This document shows positions 1 through 12,282 of a DNA stretch of 64,000 nt, piece by piece. This DNA comes from an uncultured Candidatus Binatia bacterium (GTDB lineage: Bacteria > Desulfobacterota > Binatia > UBA9968 > JAJDTQ01): assembly GCA_965215605.1 (NCBI GenBank), contig OZ244070.1, positions 2,752,001-2,816,000 of the forward strand. Direction: 5' to 3'. How positions within the stretch are numbered: position 1 is the first letter of the stretch; each line of letters begins with the position of its first letter. The notes under the pieces are model-generated. The model was not told the DNA's origin and did no database searches. It saw nothing but the letters and a program-made list of their open reading frames with translations. The position numbers and the translations under genes are program-made.

Positions 1-91
1 CGGATCGCCATTGCGCGCGAATCCGCGTAACCCGATCCGGTGGGCTGCGCCGGACTTCCGGACCGACACCACGAAGACAGGGAGGTTCATC

Positions 92-1108
92 ATGCAGGTC
101 TACTATGACCAGGACGCGGATCTGAGCCGGATACGCGACCGCAAGGTCACGGTGCTCGGTTATGGCAGCCAGGGGCACGCGCATGCCAGCAATCTGCGCG
201 ACTCGGGCGTGGACGTGGTGGTGGGGCTGAGGCGCGACAGCGCGTCCTGGGCCAAGGCGGCGGATGCCGGCCTGACGGTGATGGAGACGGCCGAGGCCGC
301 CGAAGCGGGCGACGTGGTCATGGTCCTGCTGCCCGACGAGCTTCAGGGCGACGTCTACCGGGACGTCATCCGGCCCGGCCTCAAGCCGGGCAACTACCTG
401 GCCTTCGGGCACGGTTTCAACATCCATTTCAAGCGCGTGGTGCCTCCCGAGGACGTCAACGTCTTCATGGTGGCGCCCAAGGGGCCGGGCCATCTGGTGC
501 GGAGCGAGTTCGAGCGGGGCAGGGGAGTGCCGTGCCTGCTGGCGGTCGAGCAGGATCCCACCGGGGACACCACGTCGGTGGGCCTGGCCTATGCCGCCGC
601 CATCGGCGGCGCCCGCGCCGCGGTCATCGAGACCAGCTTCAAGGACGAGACGGAAACGGATCTGTTCGGCGAGCAGACGGTGCTGTGCGGCGGCCTCACC
701 TCGCTCATCCAGGCGGGCTACGAAACCCTGGTGGAGGCGGGCTATCCGCCGGAGATGGCCTATTTCGAGTGCTGTCACGAGGTCAAGCTGATCGTCGACC
801 TGATCTACGAGGGCGGCTTGGCCAACATGCGGTACTCGGTGAGCAACACCGCGGAATACGGCGACCTTACCCGCGGCAGCCGCATCGTGGACGACGGCAC
901 GCGCAAGGTCATGAAGGAGATCCTGGCGGACATCCAGTCCGGAAAGTTCGCCGACGAGTGGATGAACGAGCACCGTGCCGGCTCCCCGCGCTTCAACGAG
1001 TTGCGCCAGTCCTCCCGGAGCCACCCCATCGAGAAGGTGGGCGAGCAGCTCCGGTCCATGATGCCGTGGCTGGCCGAGAACCGGCTGGTGGACAAGAGCA
1101 AGAACTGA
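92..1108 (+). CDS. ilvC: Ketol-acid reductoisomerase
   Basis: [17 protein letters not shown] and [10 protein letters not shown] motifs; ATG at 92 after GGAGG SD (the ORF-track start at 11 is an extension). Confidence 0.97.
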   Translation: MQVYYDQDADLSRIRDRKVTVLGYGSQGHAHASNLRDSGVDVVVGLRRDSASWAKAADAGLTVMETAEAAEAGDVVMVLLPDELQGDVYRDVIRPGLKPGNYLAFGHGFNIHFKRVVPPEDVNVFMVAPKGPGHLVRSEFERGRGVPCLLAVEQDPTGDTTSVGLAYAAAIGGARAAVIETSFKDETETDLFGEQTVLCGGLTSLIQAGYETLVEAGYPPEMAYFECCHEVKLIVDLIYEGGLANMRYSVSNTAEYGDLTRGSRIVDDGTRKVMKEILADIQSGKFADEWMNEHRAGSPRFNELRQSSRSHPIEKVGEQLRSMMPWLAENRLVDKSKN

Positions 1109-1761
1109 CGCGGGCTGCCACCGGATACAAGGACAAGGGAGACACTCCCATCGGCATCGCAAGAGAAGGCTACCGGTTCGTGTTTGCCGCGCTGGGGCTG
1201 GCGGCCGCGGCGCTGGCCGTGGGCTGGCTGGCCGCGGGTGCGGCGCTGGCGGCCGTCGCCGTGGCGGTGGCGGCGTTCTTCCGCGATCCGGAACGGGTGG
1301 CGCCCGACGGCGAAGGGATCGTCGTGTCGCCGGCGGACGGCAAGGTCGTGGACGTCGGCGAGTCCTCGGAGGCCGGGGACCGCAGGCTCAGCATCTTCCT
1401 GTCGCCTCTGGACGTGCACATCAACCGGGCGCCCATGAACGGGCGAGTGACGGATGTCCGCTATCGGACGGGGCACTTCCTGGCAGCCTACAAAGGCAAG
1501 GCGTCCGACGAGAACGAACGCAACGCCGTCGAACTGGTGGATGACTCCGGAAGGACGCTCCGTATCGTCCAGATCGCCGGCTTCCTCGCGCGCCGGATCG
1601 TCTGCTACGTGGGCCGTGGTGATTCGTTGAAACGGGGCGAGCGTTTTGGCTTGATCATGTTCGGTTCCCGGGTGGACCTCCATCTCCCGGGGAACGCCGC
1701 CGTCGAGGTCCACGCGGGCCAGCGGGTCCGCGGCGGCGAAACCATCGTGGCCAGACTCTGA
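1105..1761 (+). CDS. psd: Phosphatidylserine decarboxylase proenzyme (short type)
   Basis: [25 protein letters not shown] and FGSR self-cleavage motif; adjacent to pssA; start uncertain (CTG at 1105 overlapping the ilvC stop). Confidence 0.9.
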   Translation: MTRAATGYKDKGDTPIGIAREGYRFVFAALGLAAAALAVGWLAAGAALAAVAVAVAAFFRDPERVAPDGEGIVVSPADGKVVDVGESSEAGDRRLSIFLSPLDVHINRAPMNGRVTDVRYRTGHFLAAYKGKASDENERNAVELVDDSGRTLRIVQIAGFLARRIVCYVGRGDSLKRGERFGLIMFGSRVDLHLPGNAAVEVHAGQRVRGGETIVARL

Positions 1762-1775
1762 CCGCCGAGAGTTTC

Positions 1776-2609
1776 ATGGAACGCTCCGAGAAGGGCGACG
1801 CGCCGTTCAAGAAGGTCCGCCTGATTCCTCCGGGGAAGATGCGGCGGCGCATGAGGCGGCGGAATCCGTCCAACCGGATTCGCCGGGGCATGTACCTCCT
1901 GCCCAGTCTTATCACCGCGGGCAATCTCTTGTGCGGCGTGTTCGCGATCTTCGTGGCCTTGAACGGCGAGTACCACCTGGCGGCCATGTTGATCGTGGCC
2001 GCACACCTGCTGGATGGGATCGACGGCGCCGTGGCGCGGCTGACCCACACCACCAGCCAGTTCGGCGTCGAGTTCGATTCTCTGGCCGACGTGGTGTCCT
2101 TCGGCGTGGCCCCGGCGGTGCTGGTCTACGTGTTCGCGCTGGCCCCCTGGGGGACCTGGGGCGGCCTCGGCACTGCGCTGTTCGCGGTTTGCGGCGCGCT
2201 GCGGCTGGCACGCTTCAACGTCCAGACCCTGACCGCGGAAAAGAGCTACTTCACCGGATTGCCGATCCCCGCGGCCGCCGGCATGATCGCGGCCACCCTC
2301 TTCATGTACCTGATGCTGGGGCTCGAGGACACGGGCAGCAAGCCGGTGGTCTTCACCGTCATCGCCTGTGTCCTGGCCGGCCTCATGGTAAGCAACTTCC
2401 GCTATTTCAGCCTGAAACAGCACCACTTCAAGAAGCGCAGCACCGTTTGGCTGTTGCTTTCCGCGCTGGCAGTCATTATACTGACCATCGCTATGTGGCA
2501 GATCGTGTTGTTCTCGGCGTTATTAGCCTACACCCTATCGGGCCCCCTGTTGGGGCTGCTCGCCGTGCGGAAGCGACGGAGGGACGCACAGGCACTCTTA
2601 CAAGCCTGA
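1776..2609 (+). CDS. pssA: CDP-diacylglycerol--serine O-phosphatidyltransferase
   Basis: CDP-alcohol phosphotransferase motif DGxxAR...G...DSLAD, RLARFN, FTGLPIP; hydrophobic. Confidence 0.95.
   Translation: MERSEKGDAPFKKVRLIPPGKMRRRMRRRNPSNRIRRGMYLLPSLITAGNLLCGVFAIFVALNGEYHLAAMLIVAAHLLDGIDGAVARLTHTTSQFGVEFDSLADVVSFGVAPAVLVYVFALAPWGTWGGLGTALFAVCGALRLARFNVQTLTAEKSYFTGLPIPAAAGMIAATLFMYLMLGLEDTGSKPVVFTVIACVLAGLMVSNFRYFSLKQHHFKKRSTVWLLLSALAVIILTIAMWQIVLFSALLAYTLSGPLLGLLAVRKRRRDAQALLQA
2454..2482 (+). promoter_or_regulatory. sigma70-like promoter inside pssA, putative leuA promoter
   Basis: TTGCTT (2454-2459), 17-nt spacer, TATACT (2477-2482); locally AT-rich codons inside a GC-rich gene. Confidence 0.6.
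2493..2609 (+). other. Putative Leu-rich leader peptide nested in-frame in the pssA C-terminus
   Basis: ATG at 2493 just after the internal promoter; MWQIVLFSALLAYTLSGPLLGLLAVRKRRRDAQALLQA, 10 of 38 residues Leu, including TTA x3, TTG x2 and CTA. Confidence 0.5.
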
Positions 2610-2637
2610 ACGAAACGAACCTCAGCTTGCATGATCC

Positions 2638-2673
2638 AAACTCCCGCCGGGCATTCCGCGGGAGTTTTTTTTT
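2638..2673 (+). terminator. Intrinsic terminator (attenuator-like) immediately upstream of leuA
   Basis: AAACTCCCGC-N10-GCGGGAGTTT stem running into a T9 tract that abuts the leuA SD. Confidence 0.85.
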
Positions 2674-2686
2674 GAGGAGGGAGAAC

Positions 2687-4239
<1,553 letters not shown>

Positions 4240-4243
<4 letters not shown>

Positions 4244-5334
4244 GTCACAAGATCACGGTGCTTCCGGGCGACGGCATCGGCCCGGAAGTGGTGGCCGAAG
4301 CCATGGCCGTGCTGGCGCAGGCCGGCGACATCTTCGGCTTCAGCATCGAAGCGGAGGAGGGGCTGGTGGGCGGCGCGTCCATCGATGCCCACGGCAAGCC
4401 CCTCACCGACGAGGTCCTGGCCATGACCAAGTCCAGCGACGCGGTGGTGCTGGGAGCCATGGGCGGACCCAAGTGGGACGGCCTCGACTACTCCATCCGT
4501 CCCGAGCGAGCCTTGCTGGCGTTGCGCCAGGAGCTCGGGCTGTTCGCCAACCTGCGTCCGGTCAAGCTGTTCGCGCCGTTGGCGCAGGCCTCCACCCTCA
4601 AGCCCGAGGTGGTGGAAGGCACGGACCTCATCGTTGTACGGGAGTTGACCGGGGGCATCTACTTCGGGCAGCCCAAGGGCGTCACGGCGGAACCGGACGG
4701 CACCGAGCGGGGCGTCAACACCCTGGTCTACACCACGCCGGAGATCGAGCGCATCGCCCGGGTGGCCTTCGAGGCCGCCCGCAGACGCCGCGGCCGGGTG
4801 ACCTCGGTGGACAAGGCCAACGTGCTGGAGTCGACGGAACTGTGGCGCAAGGTCGTGACCCGGATCCGCGACGACGAAGGCTACGGCGACATCGAGCTCG
4901 ACCACGTGCTGGTGGACAACTGCGCCATGCAGCTCATCCGGGACCCCAGGCAGTTCGACGTGATCGTCACCACCAACATGTTCGGAGACATCCTGAGCGA
5001 CGAAGCGGCGATGCTCACCGGTTCCATCGGCATGTTGCCGTCCGCGAGCCTTGGCGGCAAGGTGGGCATGTACGAACCGGTGCACGGCAGCGCTCCGGAC
5101 ATCACCGGGCAGGACAAGGCCAACCCCCTCGCCACCATCCTCACGGTGGCGCTCATGCTGCGCCACTCCTTTGACCAGGGGGCCGCCGCGGACTGCATCG
5201 AACAGGCGGTGGAGCAGGTGCTGGAGGCCGGTTACCGCACCCCGGACATCGCCGACGGAAAGGGCTCGCTGGTGGGCTGCAAGGAAATGGGCGCCCTGGT
5301 GCGGCAGGAAATCGCGGCCGGCCGCGCGGCGTGA
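4240..5334 (+). CDS. leuB: 3-isopropylmalate dehydrogenase
   Basis: [27 protein letters not shown]; ATGA overlap with leuA. Confidence 0.97.
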
Positions 5335-5341
5335 CACGACG

Positions 5342-6367
5342 ATGACGGGCAAAGAGAAATACAACGTCGCCGTGGTGGGAGCCACCGGGGCGGTGGGCGA
5401 GGAGTTGCGGAAGATTCTCGAGGAGCGCCTGTTCCCCGTGGGCACCCTGCGGTTGCTGGCCTCCGAGCGCTCCGCCGGCCAGCGCCTCGGTTTCTCCGGC
5501 CGGCAGATCCCGGTGGATGTGCTGGACGAGGATTCCTTCGAGGACATCGACATCGCATTGTTCTCGGCGGGGGGTTCGGTGAGCGCCAAGTACGCCCAGG
5601 CGGCGGTGGACGCCGGCGCCGTGGTCATCGACAACACCAGTTTTTTCCGGATGGACGAAGACGTCCCGCTGGTGGTGCCGGAGGTCAACGCGGACAAGAT
5701 CGCCGACCACGTCAACCGGGGCATCATCGCCAACCCCAACTGCTCCACCATCCAGATGGTGGTGGCGTTGAAGCCGCTGTACGACGCCGCGGGCATCAGC
5801 CGCATCGTGGTATCCACCTATCAGTCGGTTTCCGGGGCCGGCCGGCGGGCCATGGAGGAGCTCGGCAAGCAGACCGCGGCGCTGTTCAACGGCCAGGACG
5901 TCGAGTGCGAGCAGTTCCCGCACCAGATCGCGTTCAACTGCATCCCCCACATCGACACGTTTCTCTCAGACGGTTACACCAAGGAAGAGTGGAAGATGAT
6001 CCAGGAGACGCGCAAGATCCTGGACGACCCGGAGATCCGCATCACCGCCACCGCGGTGCGCGTGCCGGTGTTCTGCAGTCATTCGGAATCCATCAACGTC
6101 GAGACCCGCAGCAAGCTCTCGGCGGGCGAGGTCCGCGCCATCCTCAAGGAGGCGCCCGGCGTGCTGCTCCAGGACGACCCCGAGGGCAATGGCTATCCGC
6201 TCGCCACCGAGGCGGCCGGCACGGACGCCACCTGCGTGGGGCGCGTCCGCGAGGACGATTCGGTGGAGAACGGCATCCACCTGTGGGTCGTGGCCGACAA
6301 CCTGCGCAAGGGCGCGGCCCTGAACGCCGTGCAGATCGCCGAGATCCTGATCCGGGACCACCACTGA
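5342..6367 (+). CDS. asd: Aspartate-semialdehyde dehydrogenase
   Basis: GATGAVG, NPNCST, DNLRKGAALN. Confidence 0.97.
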   Translation: MTGKEKYNVAVVGATGAVGEELRKILEERLFPVGTLRLLASERSAGQRLGFSGRQIPVDVLDEDSFEDIDIALFSAGGSVSAKYAQAAVDAGAVVIDNTSFFRMDEDVPLVVPEVNADKIADHVNRGIIANPNCSTIQMVVALKPLYDAAGISRIVVSTYQSVSGAGRRAMEELGKQTAALFNGQDVECEQFPHQIAFNCIPHIDTFLSDGYTKEEWKMIQETRKILDDPEIRITATAVRVPVFCSHSESINVETRSKLSAGEVRAILKEAPGVLLQDDPEGNGYPLATEAAGTDATCVGRVREDDSVENGIHLWVVADNLRKGAALNAVQIAEILIRDHH

Positions 6368-6473
6368 CACTTCCGCCGAGGAAAGCATTCGCCTCCACCA
6401 TCCCGTCCGTTCCCGAAACCCGTGGACCGTCCGCTCCCGCGCCGACCCCCTGGCCGCTCCTCAGGAAACCTGC

Positions 6474-7241
6474 ATGAACGTGCGACTGACCCTCGAATAC
6501 GACGGCACCGAATACCAGGGCTGGCAGGTCCAGTCCGGCGGGCCGACCGTTCAAGGCGTCCTGGAGGAGGCTCTTGCCGTGCTGCTGAAGCGCAAGGTGC
6601 GCGTACGAGGTTCCGGACGGACCGATGCGGGCGTTCATGCGCTGGGCCAAGTGGCGGATTTCACGTGTCCCGACGCCCGCGACCTCACCGGGCTCCAGCG
6701 GAGCCTCAATGCCCTCACCCCCGACGACATCACGGTGAAGGCCGTCGAGGAGGCGGCCCCATCCTTCGACGCGAGAAGGGATGCGACGAATCGGGTCTAC
6801 GAGTACCGGCTCTGGAACCACCCTTGGCGGTCGGTCTTCAACGATCGCTACTCTTGGCATGTCCGGAGGCCGTTGCGCGTCGACGCCATGGCCGGGGCCT
6901 TGGCTGCTCTCGAAGGGGAGCACGACTTCTCGTCCTTCCGCGCCGCCGGCTGCGGCGCCGTCACTGCGACCCGGCGGATCTACCGCAACGGACTGTACCG
7001 TTGGGAGGATCACTGGGTCTATCGTATCGAGGCCACCGGTTACCTCCGCCACATGGTGCGGAACATCGTGGGCACCCTGGTGCAGATCGGGCTGAACGAG
7101 AGGGATGCCGGCGATCTGCCGGTATTGATGGACAGCCGTGACCGTAGGCTGGCCGGCCCCACCGCGCCCGCACGGGGCCTCTTCCTGGTGGAGGTCTCCT
7201 ATGGTCCGTCCCCATCCCTCCGCCGGGATTCCACCCCGTAA
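6474..7241 (+). CDS. truA: tRNA pseudouridine(38-40) synthase
   Basis: YDGTxYxGWQ, GRTDAGVHA, HMVR, TAPARGL. Confidence 0.96.
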   Translation: MNVRLTLEYDGTEYQGWQVQSGGPTVQGVLEEALAVLLKRKVRVRGSGRTDAGVHALGQVADFTCPDARDLTGLQRSLNALTPDDITVKAVEEAAPSFDARRDATNRVYEYRLWNHPWRSVFNDRYSWHVRRPLRVDAMAGALAALEGEHDFSSFRAAGCGAVTATRRIYRNGLYRWEDHWVYRIEATGYLRHMVRNIVGTLVQIGLNERDAGDLPVLMDSRDRRLAGPTAPARGLFLVEVSYGPSPSLRRDSTP

Positions 7242-7293
7242 GCGATCCGCGCCCGGAATGACGAATCCAGGCCGCACGACCACCCGTCAGCCG

Positions 7294-7365
7294 GCCATCC
7301 CGGTCAAGCCCCCGGGACGACCTTGGGTCCGCCCTCCGGCGTCCCGGGGGCTTGACCGGGATGGC
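7294..7365. repeat. Perfect 26-bp inverted repeat (REPIN-like hairpin)
   Basis: GCCATCCCGGTCAAGCCCCCGGGACG (7294-7319) and its exact reverse complement (7340-7365), 20-nt loop; shares the GGTCAAGCCC core with other local repeats. Confidence 0.85.
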
Positions 7366-7466
7366 TTTGCGGATGCCCGGAACGACGGACCGGACACCTG
7401 CGGCCCTTCGGTATTCGTTTCACGAGACTCCGCGTTCACCGTGCCTGCCGCCTGCTTCGCTTGAGC

Positions 7467-7495
7467 TTGAATTAGCACCGGCTGATGGCTATAAC
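7467..7495 (+). promoter_or_regulatory. sigma70-like promoter for leuCD
   Basis: TTGAAT, 17 nt, TATAAC; AAGGAG SD and ATG follow. Confidence 0.5.
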
Positions 7496-7520
7496 TTTCC
7501 GCCAAGGAGAAAACTGATCC

Positions 7521-8918
7521 ATGTCGGAACGTACACTTTATGACAAGGTCTGGGATGCCCATGCGGTGACGACGCTGCCCACCGGACAAACCCAGCTCTT
7601 CATCGGATTGCACTTGGTTCACGAAGTCACCACCCCGCAGGCGTTCGACATGATGCGGGAGCGGGGGCTTTCCATCGCCTATCCGCAACGGACTTTCGCC
7701 ACCGCCGATCACATCATACCCACCGATACCCAGGTCCGGCCCTTTGCCGACGAGCAGGCCGAGGCGATGATGGCGGCGCTGGAACGGAACGTCCGTGACT
7801 TCGATATCGAGTTCTACGGCCTGGGAAGCGACCGGCAGGGCATCGTCCATGTCATCGGCCCCCAACTCGGTCTGACCCAGCCGGGAATGACCTTGGCCTG
7901 CGGCGACAGCCACACCAGCACCCACGGCGCCTTCGGGACCCTGGCCTTCGGCATCGGCACCAGCCAGGTCCGTGATGTGCTGGCCACCCAGACCCTGTCC
8001 ATGGACCGGCTCAACGTGCGGCGCATCAACGTCAACGGCAGCCTCCCCCTCGGGGTGCACGCCAAGGACGTGATCCTGACCATCATCCGTACGCTCGGGG
8101 TCGGCGGCGGCAAGGGCTTCGCGTACGAGTACGGCGGCGCGGTGCTGGATGCCATGAACATGGACGAGCGCATGACCGTGTGCAATATGAGCATCGAGGG
8201 CGGGGCGCTGGTGGGTTACGTGAACCCCGACAGCACCACCTTCGACTACCTGCTGGGACGGCCTTTCGCGCCCAAGGGCGAAGCCTTCGACCGCGCCATG
8301 GCGTACTGGCGCGCCATGGCGTCGGATCCCGACGCCCGCTATGACGACGTGGTGGAGATCGACGGCTCGGCCATCGAGCCGACGGTCACTTGGGGCATCA
8401 ATCCCGGGCAGGCGGTGGGCGTGCTCGAAAACCTGCCTCGGCCCGAGGAACTGCAGGACCCCAAGACGGTCGAGAAGGCCTACCAGCACATGGGTTGGGA
8501 ACCGGGCGCGCCGATTCTCGGAACTCCCATCGATGTGGCGTTCATCGGTTCCTGCACCAACTCCCGGTTGTCGGACCTGGTGGCCGCGGCGCGCGTCGCC
8601 AAGGGGAGGCTGGTATCCTCAGACGTGCGGGCGCTGGTGGTGCCGGGCTCGGTAGAAGTGAAGAAACAGGCGGAGGCGGCCGGGCTCGACCGCGTCTTCA
8701 CCGAGGCGGGCTTTCAATGGCGGGAGGCCGGCTGCTCCATGTGTCTGGCCATGAATCCCGACAAGCTCGACGGCCGCGAGGTGTGCGCCTCCTCGTCGAA
8801 CCGCAACTTCATCGGCCGCCAGGGGAGCCCGGGCGGGCGGACGCTGTTGATGAGTCCCGCCATGGTGGCGGCGGCCGCCTTGAACGGCAAGGTCGTGGAC
8901 GTGCGCGAGTACAACTGA
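7521..8918 (+). CDS. leuC: 3-isopropylmalate dehydratase large subunit
   Basis: [30 protein letters not shown]. Confidence 0.97.
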   Translation: MSERTLYDKVWDAHAVTTLPTGQTQLFIGLHLVHEVTTPQAFDMMRERGLSIAYPQRTFATADHIIPTDTQVRPFADEQAEAMMAALERNVRDFDIEFYGLGSDRQGIVHVIGPQLGLTQPGMTLACGDSHTSTHGAFGTLAFGIGTSQVRDVLATQTLSMDRLNVRRINVNGSLPLGVHAKDVILTIIRTLGVGGGKGFAYEYGGAVLDAMNMDERMTVCNMSIEGGALVGYVNPDSTTFDYLLGRPFAPKGEAFDRAMAYWRAMASDPDARYDDVVEIDGSAIEPTVTWGINPGQAVGVLENLPRPEELQDPKTVEKAYQHMGWEPGAPILGTPIDVAFIGSCTNSRLSDLVAAARVAKGRLVSSDVRALVVPGSVEVKKQAEAAGLDRVFTEAGFQWREAGCSMCLAMNPDKLDGREVCASSSNRNFIGRQGSPGGRTLLMSPAMVAAAALNGKVVDVREYN

Positions 8919-8929
8919 TCGGGAGTCCC

Positions 8930-9550
8930 ATGAGCGAGATCAAGCAGGTAGGCGGCAGGGCGGTGGTGGTCCGTGGCCACGATATCGATACCGATCGGAT
9001 CGTGCCGGCCCGCTACCTCAAGGAGATCACCTTCAGCCGGATGGGTGAATACCCGTTCATCGACGAACGGCACGACGCCGACGGTAACACGGTGAAGCAC
9101 CCGTTCAACGAGGCCCGCTTCCAGGGCGCCGAGATACTGGTGGTCAACCGCAACTTCGGCTGCGGGTCGTCACGGGAGCACGCGCCGCAGGCGCTGTACC
9201 GCTGGGGGATCCGCGCCGTCGTCGGCGAATCCTTCGGCCCCATTTTCGCCGGCAGCAGCGTGCTGCTGGGCATGCCCACGGTGATGGCTTCGCCGGAGGA
9301 TGTCGGGCGGCTCATGACACTGGTGGAGTCCGATCCCCAGGTGGAATTGACGGTGGACCTTGAGGCCCGCAAGGTCCGCCTGCCGGACGGCAGCGACATC
9401 GACATCGACATCAGCGAAGGGCACCGCAACGCCCTGACCACCGGCACGTGGGACTCCACGGCCCTCCTGCTCGGCAACATGGATGAGGTGGCCCGGACCT
9501 CCGAGAAGCTGCCCTACACCAAGAACTTCGAGGGGCCGGCGCCGCTGTAG
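8930..9550 (+). CDS. leuD: 3-isopropylmalate dehydratase small subunit
   Basis: DIDTDRI, NFGCGSSREHAP. Confidence 0.95.
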   Translation: MSEIKQVGGRAVVVRGHDIDTDRIVPARYLKEITFSRMGEYPFIDERHDADGNTVKHPFNEARFQGAEILVVNRNFGCGSSREHAPQALYRWGIRAVVGESFGPIFAGSSVLLGMPTVMASPEDVGRLMTLVESDPQVELTVDLEARKVRLPDGSDIDIDISEGHRNALTTGTWDSTALLLGNMDEVARTSEKLPYTKNFEGPAPL

Positions 9551-9587
9551 CGTGCTGTGCCGGTCCCGGCGCCTCCCACCCCACCCC

Positions 9588-9615
9588 CTGGACCCGGGTC
9601 AAGCCCGGGGTGACG
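9588..9615. repeat. REP-like palindrome (CTGGA...TCAAG...TGACG family)
   Basis: CTGGACCCGGGTCAAGCCCGGGGTGACG; similar copies at 23740 and 63458; supplies the stop codon of the converging LLM gene. Confidence 0.75.
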
Positions 9616-10519
9616 ATTCGATCTGCGGCAACACCTTCTCCACGAACGTGTCTAGTTGCGCCAGGTCGGCGATGGCCAGGCCGATGATCAGGGTCTGGAG
9701 GCCGCCGGCGAAGATCCGGTTGATGCCGTCGGCGCACGCGCCGGCGCTCCCCACCAGCATGTACTTCTCCACGTCCATCCGCACCTTGCCGTAGTAGCGG
9801 ATGAGGTAGTTCTCGCACGCTTCCACCGCCTTGCTCTTGTCGTCGTCGATGGCGATGAAGGTGAGTCCGGCCTTCTCGATGCTGTCGGGGTCCCGTCCGG
9901 CGGCGCGGGCGTGGCCGCTGATCTTGTCCCACACCGTGTCGAAGTCGTGCACGGCGTTGCTGCCGCAGATGTAGCCGTCGGCCAGCCGCCCGACGCGCTT
10001 GAGAACGGCCTCGGCGGTGCCTCCCATCCAGATGGGAGGGTGAGGCGACTGGACGGTGTCCGGGCCGAAGCGGGTGCTGTGAAGGTCGAAGAACCGGCCG
10101 TGGTGCTCCACCTCTTCCTCGGTCCAGAGCCGCTTCATGAGCGCGAGAGACTCCTCGGCCCGGGTGCCACGGTGGTCCCAGGGGACCTCCACGGAGCTGA
10201 AATCGCTTTCCCGGCTGCCGAAGCCGATGCCCAGGGTCATCCTGCCGTTGGACAGAAAATCCAGGGTGGCCACGGTCTTGGCCAGCAGTGCCGGATGACG
10301 CAGCGCCGAAAGCAGCACCGATGTCCCCAGCCGGATGTTCTCGGTGGCGCCGGCCACGGCCGCCAGCACGGTCAGCGCCTCAAGGTTGTCATAGGCGATG
10401 CGGTCGATGGTCCAGAACGAATGCAGGCCCGCCTGGTCGCATTTTCGCGCCATGGCCGTGACGTAGCCCGGCTCTATCTGAGGGGCCGGATTGACGAAGC
10501 AGATGCCTAGGTTTCCCAT
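9599..10519 (-). CDS. LLM-class (luciferase-like) flavin/F420-dependent oxidoreductase
   Basis: IRLGTSVL, HPALLAK, LDFLSNGR, PPIWMGG, LADG. Confidence 0.88.
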   Translation of the reverse strand: MGNLGICFVNPAPQIEPGYVTAMARKCDQAGLHSFWTIDRIAYDNLEALTVLAAVAGATENIRLGTSVLLSALRHPALLAKTVATLDFLSNGRMTLGIGFGSRESDFSSVEVPWDHRGTRAEESLALMKRLWTEEEVEHHGRFFDLHSTRFGPDTVQSPHPPIWMGGTAEAVLKRVGRLADGYICGSNAVHDFDTVWDKISGHARAAGRDPDSIEKAGLTFIAIDDDKSKAVEACENYLIRYYGKVRMDVEKYMLVGSAGACADGINRIFAGGLQTLIIGLAIADLAQLDTFVEKVLPQIESSPRA

Positions 10520-10749
10520 GGTGAAACGATCCTTTCCTGGAGTGGAGGGGTTCGCCGCCGCCAACCCCTCCACGTTTTGCCCGTATCCGAACTTGTGAAC
10601 GAGGATACCAGTCGTAGTAGTCGTTTTCCCCGATTCCCGCAACGGAACCGGGTGCCGTGAGAGGACGGAAGTCACCTGCGACAGCTTGACAGCCTCCCCA
10701 GACCTAGATATACCCCTGTGGATTTTCCAAGGGGCAGAAGGGAGTTCCT

Positions 10750-12282
10750 ATGCTGGAAGCCGCCACCGTGGCGTTTGAGAACCTCCTGGTTCCGACCCGG
10801 TTGGGGTATCTGTTGATCGGCGTGCTGATGGGGCTGGCCCTGGGGGCGATCCCCGGCCTTGGGGGCCTTGTTGGGCTCGCCATCCTTCTGCCCTTCACCT
10901 TCGACATGGACTCCTTCGAGGCCTTCGCCATCATGATCGGCCTGATCTCGGTGACGAGCACCTCGGACACCATCCCCTCGGTGCTCTTCGGCGTCCCCGG
11001 CACTTCGGCGTCCCAGGCCACTATCCTCGACGGCCATCCAATGGCCAAGAAGGGCGAGGCCGGGCGCGCCTTCGGCGGCGCCTACATGGCCTCGCTCATG
11101 GGCGGTGTGTTCGGCTCGCTGGTGCTGGCGCTCTCCATTCCGGTGCTCCGCCCCATCGTGCTCGCGTTCGGCTCTCCCGAGTTCTTCATGCTGGGTCTTC
11201 TGGGCATCTCCATGGTGGCCGTGCTGAGTGGCACCGCGCCGGTGAAGGGGCTCGTCGCCGGCGCCCTGGGCCTGTGCGTGGGCATGGTAGGCATGGACCC
11301 GCAGACCGGCGTGCTTCGCTGGGTGTTCGGACAACTGTACCTCTGGGACGGCGTGCCCCTGGTGCCGGTGGCCCTGGGCATCTTCGCCATCCCCGAGATC
11401 GTCGACCTGACCATCCGGGGCACGCGCATCGCCGACGTGCCCAAGGAGCGGCTCAAGGGCGTCATGGCGGGGATTCGGGATGCTTTCCGTAACTGGTTCC
11501 TGGTGCTGCGTTGCGGCGTGGTGGGAGTCTTCGTCGGCGCCATCCCCGGCTTGGGCGCGTCGGTGGTGGACTGGTTCGCCTACGGCCACGCCATACAGAC
11601 CGAGAAGGGCGCCAACGAGACCTTCGGCACCGGCGACGTGCGCGGCGTTCTGGCGCCGGAGGCCGCCAACAACGCCAAGGAAGGGGGAGCGCTCATCCCC
11701 ACCATCGCCTTCGGCGTGCCGGGCAGCGCGTCCATGGCGTTGCTGCTCGGGGCCATGACCATCCAGGGGCTGACCCCTGGCTCCGCCATGCTCACCAAGG
11801 ATCTGGCAGTCACCTACACGATGATCTGGAGCCTGGCCATCGCCAACATCTTCGGCACCATCCTGTGCATGCTGCTGACCAATACCCTGGCCAAGATCGC
11901 CATGGTGCGGATCAATCTGTTGACCCCGCTGGTGGTGGTCGTCGTTATCCTGGCGTCGTTCCAGGCCACCCGGCACTGGGGCGACCTGTGGTCGCTGCTG
12001 TTCTTCTCACTGCTCGGTTGGTTCATGAAGCGGTTCAGTTGGCCGCGGCCGCCGCTGATCCTGGGGCTGGTGCTGAGCGGCATCATCGAGAACTACCTCT
12101 TCATCTCCATCAGCCGTTATGGCGCGACATGGATGCTGCGTCCCATCGTGCTGATTGTGATGGTGCTCATCGCCGCCAGCCTGTACTACGGCATTCGCAA
12201 CGCGCGCAAGGCGCAGGAGTTGCAGCAGACGCGCGAGGGGCAGATCGGGCGCGAACAAAGCGGGGAAGCCGATGAAGTTTAA
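10750..12282 (+). CDS. Tripartite tricarboxylate transporter large permease (TctA family)
   Basis: GAIPGLG, PGTSASQATILDGHPMAK, PEAANNA; highly hydrophobic. Confidence 0.92.
   Translation: MLEAATVAFENLLVPTRLGYLLIGVLMGLALGAIPGLGGLVGLAILLPFTFDMDSFEAFAIMIGLISVTSTSDTIPSVLFGVPGTSASQATILDGHPMAKKGEAGRAFGGAYMASLMGGVFGSLVLALSIPVLRPIVLAFGSPEFFMLGLLGISMVAVLSGTAPVKGLVAGALGLCVGMVGMDPQTGVLRWVFGQLYLWDGVPLVPVALGIFAIPEIVDLTIRGTRIADVPKERLKGVMAGIRDAFRNWFLVLRCGVVGVFVGAIPGLGASVVDWFAYGHAIQTEKGANETFGTGDVRGVLAPEAANNAKEGGALIPTIAFGVPGSASMALLLGAMTIQGLTPGSAMLTKDLAVTYTMIWSLAIANIFGTILCMLLTNTLAKIAMVRINLLTPLVVVVVILASFQATRHWGDLWSLLFFSLLGWFMKRFSWPRPPLILGLVLSGIIENYLFISISRYGATWMLRPIVLIVMVLIAASLYYGIRNARKAQELQQTREGQIGREQSGEADEV

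Noticed and set aside
532-1104. Long N-terminal extension of psd in the ORF track
   Set aside because: Arg/Gly-rich shadow frame of ilvC with no Psd similarity before about 1105.
1931-2686. 770-aa ORF suggesting an N-terminally extended LeuA
   Set aside because: The extension is an alternative frame over pssA and runs through the terminator; LeuA homology and the SD begin at 2687.
10542-10573. GTGGAGGGGTT/AACCCCTCCAC hairpin upstream of the LLM gene as a riboswitch
   Set aside because: A single stem-loop with no recognisable aptamer; insufficient support for a specific call.
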